62,667 nucleotides of DNA, taken from a virus. Taxonomy: Duplodnaviria > Caudoviricetes. Position 1 is the stretch's first letter. Each line of letters starts with the position of its first letter. The translations under genes were made by a program, and so were the position numbers. Below, piece by piece: positions 37,677 to 46,283 of this stretch. The stretch is taken from positions 1 to 62,667 of the IMG/VR virus record IMGVR_UViG_3300012942_000003, one strand, 5' to 3'. The notes under the pieces were generated by a model. That model saw nothing but the letters and a program-made list of their open reading frames with translations, had not been told where the DNA came from and ran no database searches.

Positions 37677-38324
37677 ATGACGAGAAGGATGAGTCTCTTT
37701 CTGTTCGACGAGGAATGGGAGCAGCTGAGAGAGAGGGGAGATCATCTCCAGCCCTGGGAGCGAGTCACTCTGGTGATGGCCAAGTATCTGGGACAAGAGA
37801 TACCCTCCACGAAGTCGGGTCAGCGAGAGTGGATCGAGGACCGAAGAATCGCCCAGATGGCGGAGGGGTTCCACGTTCTCGAGCCGGGCGAGGGAAACAG
37901 GGTGGTGGATCGAGTCTGGAAAGCTCTCGAGAGTGAGCCCCTGACCATGACTCAACTCTCCTCAAGATTGGGAACGGGACGATCCACTCTCTCCAAGATC
38001 CTGAGCGAGAATCAGGGCAAGCTGTTCGAGGTGGTGGGAACGGGAGCCAGAAGAGCGAATGTCTGGCGACGAGTGGACAAGAAGGAGCATCGGGCGGGAA
38101 GATTGACCAGGCATGACCTCACTCTTCTCACCAACTGGCTCGAGGACAATGGCCCAGCCGAGCTTCTGACGATGGAGAGAGAGCTCAAGATCAAGAGGTC
38201 CACTCTGAGACTGATGCTGAAGGGTCACCCGGAGAGGTTTCTCATCTCGGGAGAGAGAAGAGGCCGGGGACGTGGAAAACCCGCTCACCTCTGGGCCGTG
38301 AGAACTGACGATGACCCGGAGTGA
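37677..38324 (+). CDS. Tandem winged-HTH DNA-binding protein
   Basis: LTMTQLSSRLGTGRSTLSKIL and MERELKIKRSTLRLML, each followed by a wing ending in W. Confidence 0.7.
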   Translation: MTRRMSLFLFDEEWEQLRERGDHLQPWERVTLVMAKYLGQEIPSTKSGQREWIEDRRIAQMAEGFHVLEPGEGNRVVDRVWKALESEPLTMTQLSSRLGTGRSTLSKILSENQGKLFEVVGTGARRANVWRRVDKKEHRAGRLTRHDLTLLTNWLEDNGPAELLTMERELKIKRSTLRLMLKGHPERFLISGERRGRGRGKPAHLWAVRTDDDPE

Positions 38325-39114
38325 GATCGTCGTACTGGAGGTCGCGTCTCTCTTCGCGCCTCGGGGGCGCTCGGAGCCGCTGACTACAACACCAATCATA
38401 CTCCGAGCATCGAGGGGTCTTTCTTGATTGGGGGAGGGAGCAAGAGTGAGACCGAGAGGAGGGCTGGGGAGAAGACGATCGCTTGAAGGAAGGCCATTGG
38501 GAAGACGATGAGATGATGAGTGACTGAATGATGCGTCGACGATATTCTGGTCGCTTGAAGAAGCCTTTGGGATCGCGAGAGAAGGCAATGAGATCGCTCG
38601 ATGATCGGTCGATGCTCGATCAAGCGAGGAGATGATGATGAGATGGAGCGATGGGGACGGGACGCGATACTCTGGGACCGGGAGGGACGTGGAAGACGAG
38701 ACACCTGCTCGGGGAGGAGCGAGGACGATTCGGGAACTGGGGGTCGGAAACTGCGTACGGGAGATACTTTGGGGGAAACAACGAAGGTACAGGATCGGGA
38801 ATGATAGCCCAAGTCGGGACATTGGATGAAGGGGATGAAGGATTCATGACCCCCACTTTACGGCTGTTCCGGAAGAGTTTCTGTCTGGATCGAGACCTGT
38901 TGCTGTTTCAGAGCGATCTCGAACGCTCTCAGGAGCTGGTGAGGAGGTGGACAGGATGGAACTCCAGGATGGGCTCGAGGTCTGGATATACACCTCACCC
39001 GAGACTGCAGATCTGTCGAGACCGACACCACGTCAGGACTGCTCTGTACAGACACGTGGCTCGTGACGTCAGGACCACACCGCTCCCGGACTGGCTGTCC
39101 GGTGCTGTCTGCCT

Positions 39115-39285
39115 CTACTGAGGGATGCCGAATCCCTCCCGGATCGCCGCCACGGAGCCCTCCAGCTCCATGAGCTCGTCCTCGACGATGGAGCGGTCCG
39201 CGTGAGGGTCCGTCAGAGACTGCTCGAGCAGTCTGAGGGCCTCGCGGGATCGCCTGATGTACTGTCGAATCTCGGTCTTGGTCAC
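39115..39285 (-). CDS. Small helical protein
   Basis: GGAGG RBS; GTGA overlap. Confidence 0.55.
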   Translation of the reverse strand: MTKTEIRQYIRRSREALRLLEQSLTDPHADRSIVEDELMELEGSVAAIREGFGIPQ

Positions 39286-39497
39286 TTGGTCACCTCCCCC
39301 TGCACCCAGATGTCGATGGTGTCCCGGCACTGTCGGATCAGAGCCTCCCGGTCGGTACCGTTCCTGGTGTAGATGTAGTCGAGCTCCTGCGTGCCGGGCA
39401 TGATCTGGTAGACCAGAATGCCGTGGACGTCGGGGCGAAGAAGATAGCCCCGGTAGATGATGTCGTCGGGCGTTGGAGCATGGTCGGCGATTCTCAT
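39282..39497 (-). CDS. Small hypothetical protein (YRGY...IDxW)
   Basis: GGAG RBS downstream of a leftward promoter. Confidence 0.65.
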   Translation of the reverse strand: MRIADHAPTPDDIIYRGYLLRPDVHGILVYQIMPGTQELDYIYTRNGTDREALIRQCRDTIDIWVQGEVTK

Positions 39498-39547
39498 GGT
39501 GGAGTCTCCAGTTCGTCGGGCGATTCGTCGAATGAATCGCTGAATGC

Positions 39548-39672
39548 ATGATGAATGACTCCCCGACCCCTGTCAACTGTAGGTGATGACATGGTGTCTT
39601 GGGGTCTCTGGATAACGAGGGCATAACGATGGTGTGATCACAGTTGACTCATGGTATGGGGTCTGCCATGAT
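39548..39672. promoter_or_regulatory. Divergent promoter pair
   Basis: Minus strand TTGACA-N17-CATCAT (39548-39576); plus strand TTGACT-N17-CATGAT (39644-39672). Confidence 0.6.
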
Positions 39673-39763
39673 TCTCCCATCGCATCGAATCGGCGACGAA
39701 TCGAGCGGGGCGCGAATCAATCGGGGTTCGGGTCAAGGTGCAACAGGGAAAGAGGGAACGAGA

Positions 39764-40069
39764 ATGGCGCAGATGACGACGGCGGAGGTGGCTGAGGAGC
39801 TCGGGACCGACACCCGGACCCTCCGCAAGTTCCTCCGCTTCGACGCGAAGAAGAACGAGGCCGAGACGCCCGGGAAGGGCGGCCGGTACGCGATCGAGAA
39901 GAAGGACCTCCGGGGCCTGAAGTCCCGCTTCGCGGCCTGGAAGTCGAGCTCGGAATCGAAGCCGAGCAAGAAGGTCGAGGTCGCCGAGACGATCGACGAC
40001 GAGATCGACGACGCCGAGCCCACCGGCGCCGACCTCGAGGAGATCGAGGACGAGCTCGAGCTCGACTGA
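39764..40069 (+). CDS. Small HTH DNA-binding protein (paralog 3 of 4)
   Basis: TTAEVAEELGTDTRTLRKFLR...TPGKGGRY...RFAAW; acidic tail. Confidence 0.85.
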   Translation: MAQMTTAEVAEELGTDTRTLRKFLRFDAKKNEAETPGKGGRYAIEKKDLRGLKSRFAAWKSSSESKPSKKVEVAETIDDEIDDAEPTGADLEEIEDELELD

Positions 40070-40218
40070 CGACGCCCGGGGGCTGGCCGGGGAGACAACC
40101 CGAGCCAGTCCTCGGACCTCGAAGAGAACAGGACCTCTCCGATCTTTGGTAGAGGGGTCGTGATGGGGTCCTGTTCTCCTCCGGGTCCGAGACGCGGGCA
40201 CCTTGGAAGGAGAACGAG

Positions 40219-40503
40219 ATGAAGATCTGGCTGAGCTCGGTCACAGTGAAGTTGACCGAAGACGAGAAGTACCTCTCGGTCTGGCCTCACTACGAGGGGG
40301 TGGACCGACCCGAGACCGCGGGCTGGGTAGTCCACGAGCGAAACGTGGGCCGACTCTGCCGAGCGCTTCTGGACGGGGTCGCCGAGACCCTGCTCTCCAA
40401 CGAGATCCCCCTGATCGACATCCACGGTCAGACCTACGCTCACACGAAGTCCAACATCTATGCCAAGCGGATGGGCGCAGATCTCACTCGACTGGGCTAC
40501 TGA
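40219..40503 (+). CDS. Hypothetical protein
   Basis: AAGGAG RBS. Confidence 0.7.
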   Translation: MKIWLSSVTVKLTEDEKYLSVWPHYEGVDRPETAGWVVHERNVGRLCRALLDGVAETLLSNEIPLIDIHGQTYAHTKSNIYAKRMGADLTRLGY

Positions 40504-40825
40504 CTCCCGACGCGCGAGTCAGCTCGGGAGGTGTGGAATCCTGGGTGACTCAGGAGCTGCTGGGTCAAAGGAAGAGTTGGAAATCGTCGGTCGTGAGTTA
40601 GGGCAGAGTCCGAGCGAGTGACGACGTGACGACGTCAGGACTGAGGCCTGACCACGGGGACCTCGCTAGACCGGGGTCGATGACAGTTGGTCAAAACAAA
40701 GTAGTCTGAGAGTGATGCGCAGTCGATGCAGGGTGCGATATGATCGCTGCATGATGAATCGCGCACGGGCCATTGAGCGAATCGGCGCGACGAATCACGA
40801 CAACAACTCTACCGAAGGAACGACC

Positions 40826-41236
40826 ATGACTGACTCCCGCTTCACCCTCTACCGCGACCACGCGATCTTCGCCGACAACGAGGACTCGCTTCTCGACCTC
40901 TCCGACGACGAGCTCCGCGATCTCTTCACTGACCTCCTGATCCGACTGGGACGATCCCTCGCCGATCTCTATCCGACGCTGCCCGACGGCCGCATCTACT
41001 ACTCCGACTCTCACGTCGATGACGCGAACCAGATCCAATCTCTGATCAACCACTGCATCAACATCACCTACAACGAGGACTTCACCACTCCCGACACCTA
41101 CACCGCCTTCCTCAACGCTCTCGACGCCGGCCTCGCTGACGACCTGACCTACCTCTTGACGATGGTGAACTTCGACACCGACGCCTTCGACGACGCTCCG
41201 ATCTTCCGTCACTACAACCTGATCGACGAGGACTGA
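40826..41236 (+). CDS. Highly acidic small protein
   Basis: GAAGGA RBS; about 29 D/E, 7 R and no K in 136 aa. Confidence 0.75.
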   Translation: MTDSRFTLYRDHAIFADNEDSLLDLSDDELRDLFTDLLIRLGRSLADLYPTLPDGRIYYSDSHVDDANQIQSLINHCINITYNEDFTTPDTYTAFLNALDAGLADDLTYLLTMVNFDTDAFDDAPIFRHYNLIDED

Positions 41237-41237
41237 C

Positions 41238-41531
41238 ATGATCCCCACCGCACGCATCATCGCCGACCTCGTGGACCACTCCGAACTCGAAGGCGACGAC
41301 CGACAGTCCCTGATCGACGCTCTGACGATCGACGTCTACTTCACCCACCGAGTCGACATCAAGCTCGCTGACGACCGCACGCTCACCACGCTGACGATGA
41401 ACCGAGACGACGACGGCTGCCGCGAGGTCTCGATCATCGCCATCTACGACCACATGCTCAACAAGCTGGAGTCCATCCAGTACATCGTCGACTCGACCCT
41501 TCGCAACTATTTCATCACTCTGGGGAACTGA
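41238..41531 (+). CDS. Acidic hypothetical protein
   Basis: GAGGA RBS; operon-packed. Confidence 0.7.
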   Translation: MIPTARIIADLVDHSELEGDDRQSLIDALTIDVYFTHRVDIKLADDRTLTTLTMNRDDDGCREVSIIAIYDHMLNKLESIQYIVDSTLRNYFITLGN

Positions 41532-41532
41532 C

Positions 41533-41847
41533 ATGAACATGCGACTGACCGAACGAGGGAAGAACCTGATCGCCATCCTTCTGGTGATCCTCTGCTTCCT
41601 CGCCATCATCCTGGCCTGGAACATCTCCAACAGGGCGAACGGCTCCACACCGCCCATGAACCCGGTCCCGAACTGGATGACCAAGGACTGCCGGTACTTC
41701 GACAACGTCAACTGCTACTGGGGGCACGACTCGCACGACGGGCCGTACTACGTCCGGGTGATGCCTCACGACCCCAACTGGGGAGGCAAGACCGGCCTGG
41801 TCTGCGTCTTCTACGTCCGCCATCCCCGACTGGACTACTGCGCCTAG
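41533..41847 (+). CDS. Membrane-anchored exported protein
   Basis: N-terminal TM helix followed by a Cys-containing domain. Confidence 0.7.
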   Translation: MNMRLTERGKNLIAILLVILCFLAIILAWNISNRANGSTPPMNPVPNWMTKDCRYFDNVNCYWGHDSHDGPYYVRVMPHDPNWGGKTGLVCVFYVRHPRLDYCA

Positions 41848-42574
41848 CCACAAGTCCAGCCCCGGAGACAACTCCGGGGACAACTGGTGGTGCTGACGTC
41901 CAGACCGCGACCTGGACACCGGTCCCAGCTCGGAGTCTGGCTGAGAAGATGACGCTGGAGAGAACACTCGTCGATCGCGCGTGCGAGCGCATCGGGGGCG
42001 ACCTTCCCGCATGAACTCGCATCCTTGGAGCGATTCTGGAGCACTTCGGGATGATCGCGCGCATGATCGCGCGCATTGATGCACCTCAGGTGCCCAGGAA
42101 GGCGGGATTCTTCCCCCTGAACTCACGAACTCCCGATGCGAGTCGATGCAGAGTTGTCGCGTCTGGTTCTCATCTCGCTCAGGAGCTGGCAGCGAGGTAA
42201 GCAGGAAGGACGTCGTTGGAAGCTGGGTTCTGGCCGAGTTCTTCGAGTCCCGACGTCAGGACAGCGACTCAGGTGTCTGAGCGAGGTCTCTTCTGGCGCT
42301 CAGGAGCTGCTATGTCTCGGCATAGCATGGACGTCGTCTGGGTTTGTGGTCTGGGCTTGGTGGCGACGTCAGGACTCCCAGCGCTCAGGAGCTGCTGACA
42401 GACCATTGACCTAGGAACCGTGGAGGGCGTCGAGCGAGGCGCGGGAGTTTTGCGTTCGGGGTGCGGAAGTCGGGGCGGCGTCGGGGAGAAGGGGGTTCGG
42501 CGTTTGGGCGGGAGAAGGGGTGCGAGGTCGGGGTAGTTGAAAGTTCAATCATCGGGGCGAGCGAATCGACAGGG

Positions 42575-42610
42575 CGAATCGCCCCCCGCCATTCGACAGA
42601 GGGCGATTCG
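42575..42610 (-). terminator. Hairpin after HTH paralog 4
   Basis: CGAATCGCCC...GGGCGATTCG 10-bp inverted repeat. Confidence 0.45.
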
Positions 42611-42620
42611 TCATGCGCGG

Positions 42621-42914
42621 CTACTTGCTGGAGGGCTTGCCCTTCGGGGTGCTCTCCGGGGCGCTCTCGGCGGGCGATTCGGCGAGCAGAGCGGACACCT
42701 TCACGGTGCCGCCGCGGCGACGGCCCTCACCGTTCCGCCAGGCGTCGAATCGCGCCTTGAGGGCCGGGATGTCGGCGCTCGTGATCTCCCACGATCCGCC
42801 CTTGCCCGGCGTGGCCGCGCCCGTCGATTCGGCCGACTCGCGGAGCATCCGGCGAATCGCCTTGCCCTCCGAGCGTCCGTAGCCCATCGTCTCGGCGGCG
42901 TCGCTTGCGTTCAT
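42621..42914 (-). CDS. Small HTH DNA-binding protein (paralog 4 of 4)
   Basis: AIRRMLR...TPGKGGSW...DIPALKARFDAW. Confidence 0.8.
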   Translation of the reverse strand: MNASDAAETMGYGRSEGKAIRRMLRESAESTGAATPGKGGSWEITSADIPALKARFDAWRNGEGRRRGGTVKVSALLAESPAESAPESTPKGKPSSK

Positions 42915-42963
42915 GATTCGATCCCTTCGGTAGAGGTGTGCAATCGGCTGATTGCCTACGGCC

Positions 42964-42992
42964 ATCGTATCGAATCATCATGGAGTTGTGAA
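42964..42992 (-). promoter_or_regulatory. Promoter of HTH paralog 4
   Basis: TTCACA-N17-TACGAT on the minus strand. Confidence 0.5.
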
Positions 42993-43139
42993 GCGATTCG
43001 ATGCGCCGTGATCGAATCGTTATGAACCCCCCCATTCGATCGAACGCATGATCGAATCCCCGCATCTTCCAGACCGTATCTCCGGGAGTGACGGGGTCTC
43101 CCCAAAAGTACTACCACGTCAGGGGGCAATCGGCCACAG

Positions 43140-43169
43140 TTGACAGGCATCATCACCCCGTCATAGCAT
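43140..43169 (+). promoter_or_regulatory. Rightward promoter heading the 43-48 kb small-gene operon
   Basis: TTGACA-N18-TAGCAT. Confidence 0.68.
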
Positions 43170-43223
43170 GCCTCCATGCACTACTTCACGAACCACCCCA
43201 AGCAGCGAACGAGGTAGCGAACA

Positions 43224-43673
43224 GTGACCGCCTCAGTCAAGATGAACGACTCACAGACGAGCGGTTCCGAGACCATCATGGCATCTCTCGGCGCCATTCT
43301 CTCTCTCACGACCGGCAGAATGCTGGGCCTCATGGACGAGGTCTGGTCGCTGCAGAACTTCCTCGCGGGCAGGGAGCTGATGACCCACGAGCGCACTCTC
43401 GCGTTCGAGGCTCACCAGAAGTTCCTCCTCAAGCAGCACCCCGAGCTCGCCGAGGCCTTCCCCGACGACGATCTGGTCACCGGGACCATGAGCTGGGAGG
43501 AGCGACAGCGCCGGGTCGAGGAGTGGGTCCGCTCCGTCGCCAGGCACGTCGGCTGGGACATCGCCGAGGTCCAGATCCCTCCGGGCGGACGCGACGAGCA
43601 CTCCTTGGGTGTGGACCCCGGAGCTGGCTGGGCCAACGTGCTGCAGAAGATGATCGATGGGGAGTCTGACTGA
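43224..43673 (+). CDS. Hypothetical protein
   Basis: LG.ILSLTTGRML...L.THE pattern; RBS. Confidence 0.7.
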   Translation: MTASVKMNDSQTSGSETIMASLGAILSLTTGRMLGLMDEVWSLQNFLAGRELMTHERTLAFEAHQKFLLKQHPELAEAFPDDDLVTGTMSWEERQRRVEEWVRSVARHVGWDIAEVQIPPGGRDEHSLGVDPGAGWANVLQKMIDGESD

Positions 43674-43790
43674 TGACGTGGCTGTGCGAGGTGACTGGCA
43701 GCTCTGCTGAGGGGTACTGTAAGTGCATCGAGCCCGCCGGCCACTGGCCCGACACCCCCCACCGATGCGTGCATGGGAGGTGGGACTGAG

Positions 43791-44084
43791 ATGCCTCGAG
43801 TTCACAACAAGCGACACGAGACCGCTCCCGAGGACGCTGTCTACATCGGTCGAGGGAGCATCTGGGGTAACCCGTACACGATCGGGGACATCGACGGGTT
43901 CACCGGCGAAGTCATGGATCGGGAGAGAGTCATCGAGAGGTACCGCTCTTACCTGGTGGGTCATCCTGAGCTCGTGAGACGAGCCAGAAGGGAGTTGCGA
44001 GGCAAGGATCTCGTGTGCTTCTGCAAGCCCGCGGCGTGTCACGGGGACATTCTACTGAAGATCGCTAACGAGGAGAGGGCATGA
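43791..44084 (+). CDS. DUF4326-family protein
   Basis: VYIGRGS.WGNPY...ELRGKDLVCFC.P.ACHGD.L. Confidence 0.88.
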   Translation: MPRVHNKRHETAPEDAVYIGRGSIWGNPYTIGDIDGFTGEVMDRERVIERYRSYLVGHPELVRRARRELRGKDLVCFCKPAACHGDILLKIANEERA

Positions 44085-44236
44085 GAGCTAGAGAGTTCTA
44101 CGACACATTCGGGAACGAGACGAGTCACGAGGATGAGGTCAAGGTTCTTCTGACCGACGGCACCCTGCTTGACGTCGTCGAGATCCGGCGTGACTACGAG
44201 ACGAGCGAGGCCGTGATCGTGGTGGATGGGGCATGA
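44081..44236 (+). CDS. Small acidic hypothetical protein
   Basis: ATGA overlap; RBS. Confidence 0.55.
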   Translation: MRAREFYDTFGNETSHEDEVKVLLTDGTLLDVVEIRRDYETSEAVIVVDGA

Positions 44237-44286
44237 ACCCCATTGACCCCGATCCAAAGAAGATTCCACACATGAGGGAGAAGTGA

Positions 44287-44847
44287 ATGAGGAAGTTGAG
44301 CATCGCGCTGGCTCTGTTGCTGGCGCTGCTGTTCGGGGCGGAGAGCTGCGACGACGGCGGTCCGAGCAATCCCACGCCCGACAGCGACTCGCAGCAGAAG
44401 TACGACACGGAGAACGGGAAGGCGACGATTCCCGTGGACACCCAGGCCTACGTGATCACGGGCCAGGTGGTCGGGCCGGTGAACGACCTCACGCATCAGG
44501 TCTCGCCGGCTCAGGGAAGCCAGGACGGCTACCTGATCGGTGGCTACGGGTCGATGAACGGTTCTTTCACGGGGGCACAGACCGAGGGCAAGAGCTTCGT
44601 CAGGCTGTTCGTGACCTCTGCGCAGCCGAGCACGGACCTCGCACCCGTGGGCGAGGTGACGATCATCAAGGCGTCTGACACCAAGGCGCAGGCGCTCATC
44701 AACGGCGACATCGTGACGTTCAAGTGCCGCCGCCAGTACGAGGCTCTCGCCGCCGTGCAGGAGAACCAGAAGTTCGACGAGGCCGGCGACGAGACGTGGG
44801 AGCTGGACTACTGCCGGCTCGACAAGCCCGTCATCCAGGTGAAGTGA
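44287..44847 (+). CDS. Putative lipoprotein
   Basis: Signal peptide MRKLSIALALLLALLFGAESC ending in a lipobox-like Cys. Confidence 0.75.
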   Translation: MRKLSIALALLLALLFGAESCDDGGPSNPTPDSDSQQKYDTENGKATIPVDTQAYVITGQVVGPVNDLTHQVSPAQGSQDGYLIGGYGSMNGSFTGAQTEGKSFVRLFVTSAQPSTDLAPVGEVTIIKASDTKAQALINGDIVTFKCRRQYEALAAVQENQKFDEAGDETWELDYCRLDKPVIQVK

Positions 44848-44856
44848 GGGGGAGTC

Positions 44857-45300
44857 ATGCAGAGATATGTGGTGGGCTTCGCTCACGACGGTGAGGGTCG
44901 AGTGGCTCTCATCGAGAAGAACAGGCCAGAGTGGCAGGCGGGCAAGCTGAACGGGATCGGGGGTCACGTCGAGAAGGGCGAGGACCCCTGGGCGGCCATG
45001 CGTCGAGAGTTCCGTGAGGAGACCGGTGCCGACATCGACTCCTGGGAACTGTTCGTGAGGATGGAGTTCCCGGGAGCCGAGATCTTCTTCTTCAAAGCCC
45101 TCGTGAGCCTTCAGCAACTCACCGAGCTGAGGACGATGGAGGATGAGGTGGTCACCATCGTCGACTGGCTCGACCCCGCCTCGTGGCCCGGCACGGCGAC
45201 GATCATCCCGAACCTGAACTGGCTGGTGCCTTTGGCCATGTACCGGGCGGACCAGTACAAGGTCATCCACGTCCATGCGGCTGTGGCGGAGGCCCTCTGA
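44857..45300 (+). CDS. NUDIX hydrolase
   Basis: GGHVEKGE...AM.REFREETG Nudix box. Confidence 0.9.
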   Translation: MQRYVVGFAHDGEGRVALIEKNRPEWQAGKLNGIGGHVEKGEDPWAAMRREFREETGADIDSWELFVRMEFPGAEIFFFKALVSLQQLTELRTMEDEVVTIVDWLDPASWPGTATIIPNLNWLVPLAMYRADQYKVIHVHAAVAEAL

Positions 45301-45641
45301 TGGACCTCTACCGTCGCAAGGGTGAGGTCCAAGCCACCCAGTTCACAGGCTCCCTCAGCGGTCAGCCGGGCTCCGCTCTGAACATCATCGACTCGATGAA
45401 GGTCAGGGGCCTGTACATCCCTCGCGGATACGAGTCCGACTGGCGGCTCAAGCACGAGCTGGATCGCAGCACGGGTCACACGCTCGACGATGCCTCGCCA
45501 TTCCTGCTGGTCTGGAACCATGATGGCAAGGTTCTTCGTTGCAGCATCGGCGACTGGGTCGTGATCGACGAGGCCCAGATCTTCGTATATCCCGACGTCG
45601 ACTTCGGCTTGTCTTTCCAGCGAGTCGAGGACCCCTTCTGA
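45300..45641 (+). CDS. Hypothetical protein (YRRK..V.A.QF / GDWVV family)
   Basis: Common phage small-protein pattern; coupled. Confidence 0.7.
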   Translation: MDLYRRKGEVQATQFTGSLSGQPGSALNIIDSMKVRGLYIPRGYESDWRLKHELDRSTGHTLDDASPFLLVWNHDGKVLRCSIGDWVVIDEAQIFVYPDVDFGLSFQRVEDPF

Positions 45642-45922
45642 TGAGAATCTACACCAACATCGAGATGGTTCTCGACGTCGGCGAGGCTCGAGAGGTCGAG
45701 GACATCGTTCACCAGAAGAAGTTCATGCCTCGGCGCGTGATCCTGACGAGGTGGATGACCGAGTTCGGCGTCGAGAAGATGACCGTGAAGGCGGTATCTG
45801 GGGATCTGGCTCGAGGGGCTCTGGGGCTGAGTCGGACGTGGCGCATCGTGGGCTTCAACGACGCCCTCGAGCAGGTGCCCGAGTGGGTCGAGAAGCTGAT
45901 GGAGCAGATCGACGATGACTGA
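45641..45922 (+). CDS. Hypothetical protein
   Basis: TGATG coupling. Confidence 0.65.
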   Translation: MRIYTNIEMVLDVGEAREVEDIVHQKKFMPRRVILTRWMTEFGVEKMTVKAVSGDLARGALGLSRTWRIVGFNDALEQVPEWVEKLMEQIDDD

Positions 45923-46283
45923 CGGCGACCTGGTCATTCTTCACAAGCCCCGCATCGGCACCTTCGCGGTCAAGCTCGACGATGCCAAGAGAGCTGACGA
46001 GGGCATCCCGCACGAGATCATGCGCCACGACATCATGGCGGTGTGGAGAGACCTCGACCTCGTTAACTCTCTGTGTGACTTCGAGGTGACCCTGATCTGG
46101 ACCTTCTTCTACCCCGCTCGAGTGCCGACGGCCGAGCAGGCTGGGGGGTCGAACGTAGTTCAGTTTCGCTCGGGCAGGTTGGAGGACCTTGACGGCAAGC
46201 ATGACTACGTCATAGCATCGGGCATCAGCGATGAAGGGGGCAACCCGCCCTCCACACCAGGAGAGGATGAGACGAACTTATGA
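45915..46283 (+). CDS. Hypothetical protein
   Basis: Operon-packed. Confidence 0.6.
   Translation: MTDGDLVILHKPRIGTFAVKLDDAKRADEGIPHEIMRHDIMAVWRDLDLVNSLCDFEVTLIWTFFYPARVPTAEQAGGSNVVQFRSGRLEDLDGKHDYVIASGISDEGGNPPSTPGEDETNL

Noticed and set aside
38330-39121. ORFs called in this interval (for example 38651..39121 and 38396..38812)
   Set aside because: Atypical codon use, no convincing RBS and low-complexity translations; treated as non-coding
38928-42394. Repeats as a CRISPR or mini-array
   Set aside because: The units are 10-11 bp, irregularly spaced and dispersed, and there is no cas operon
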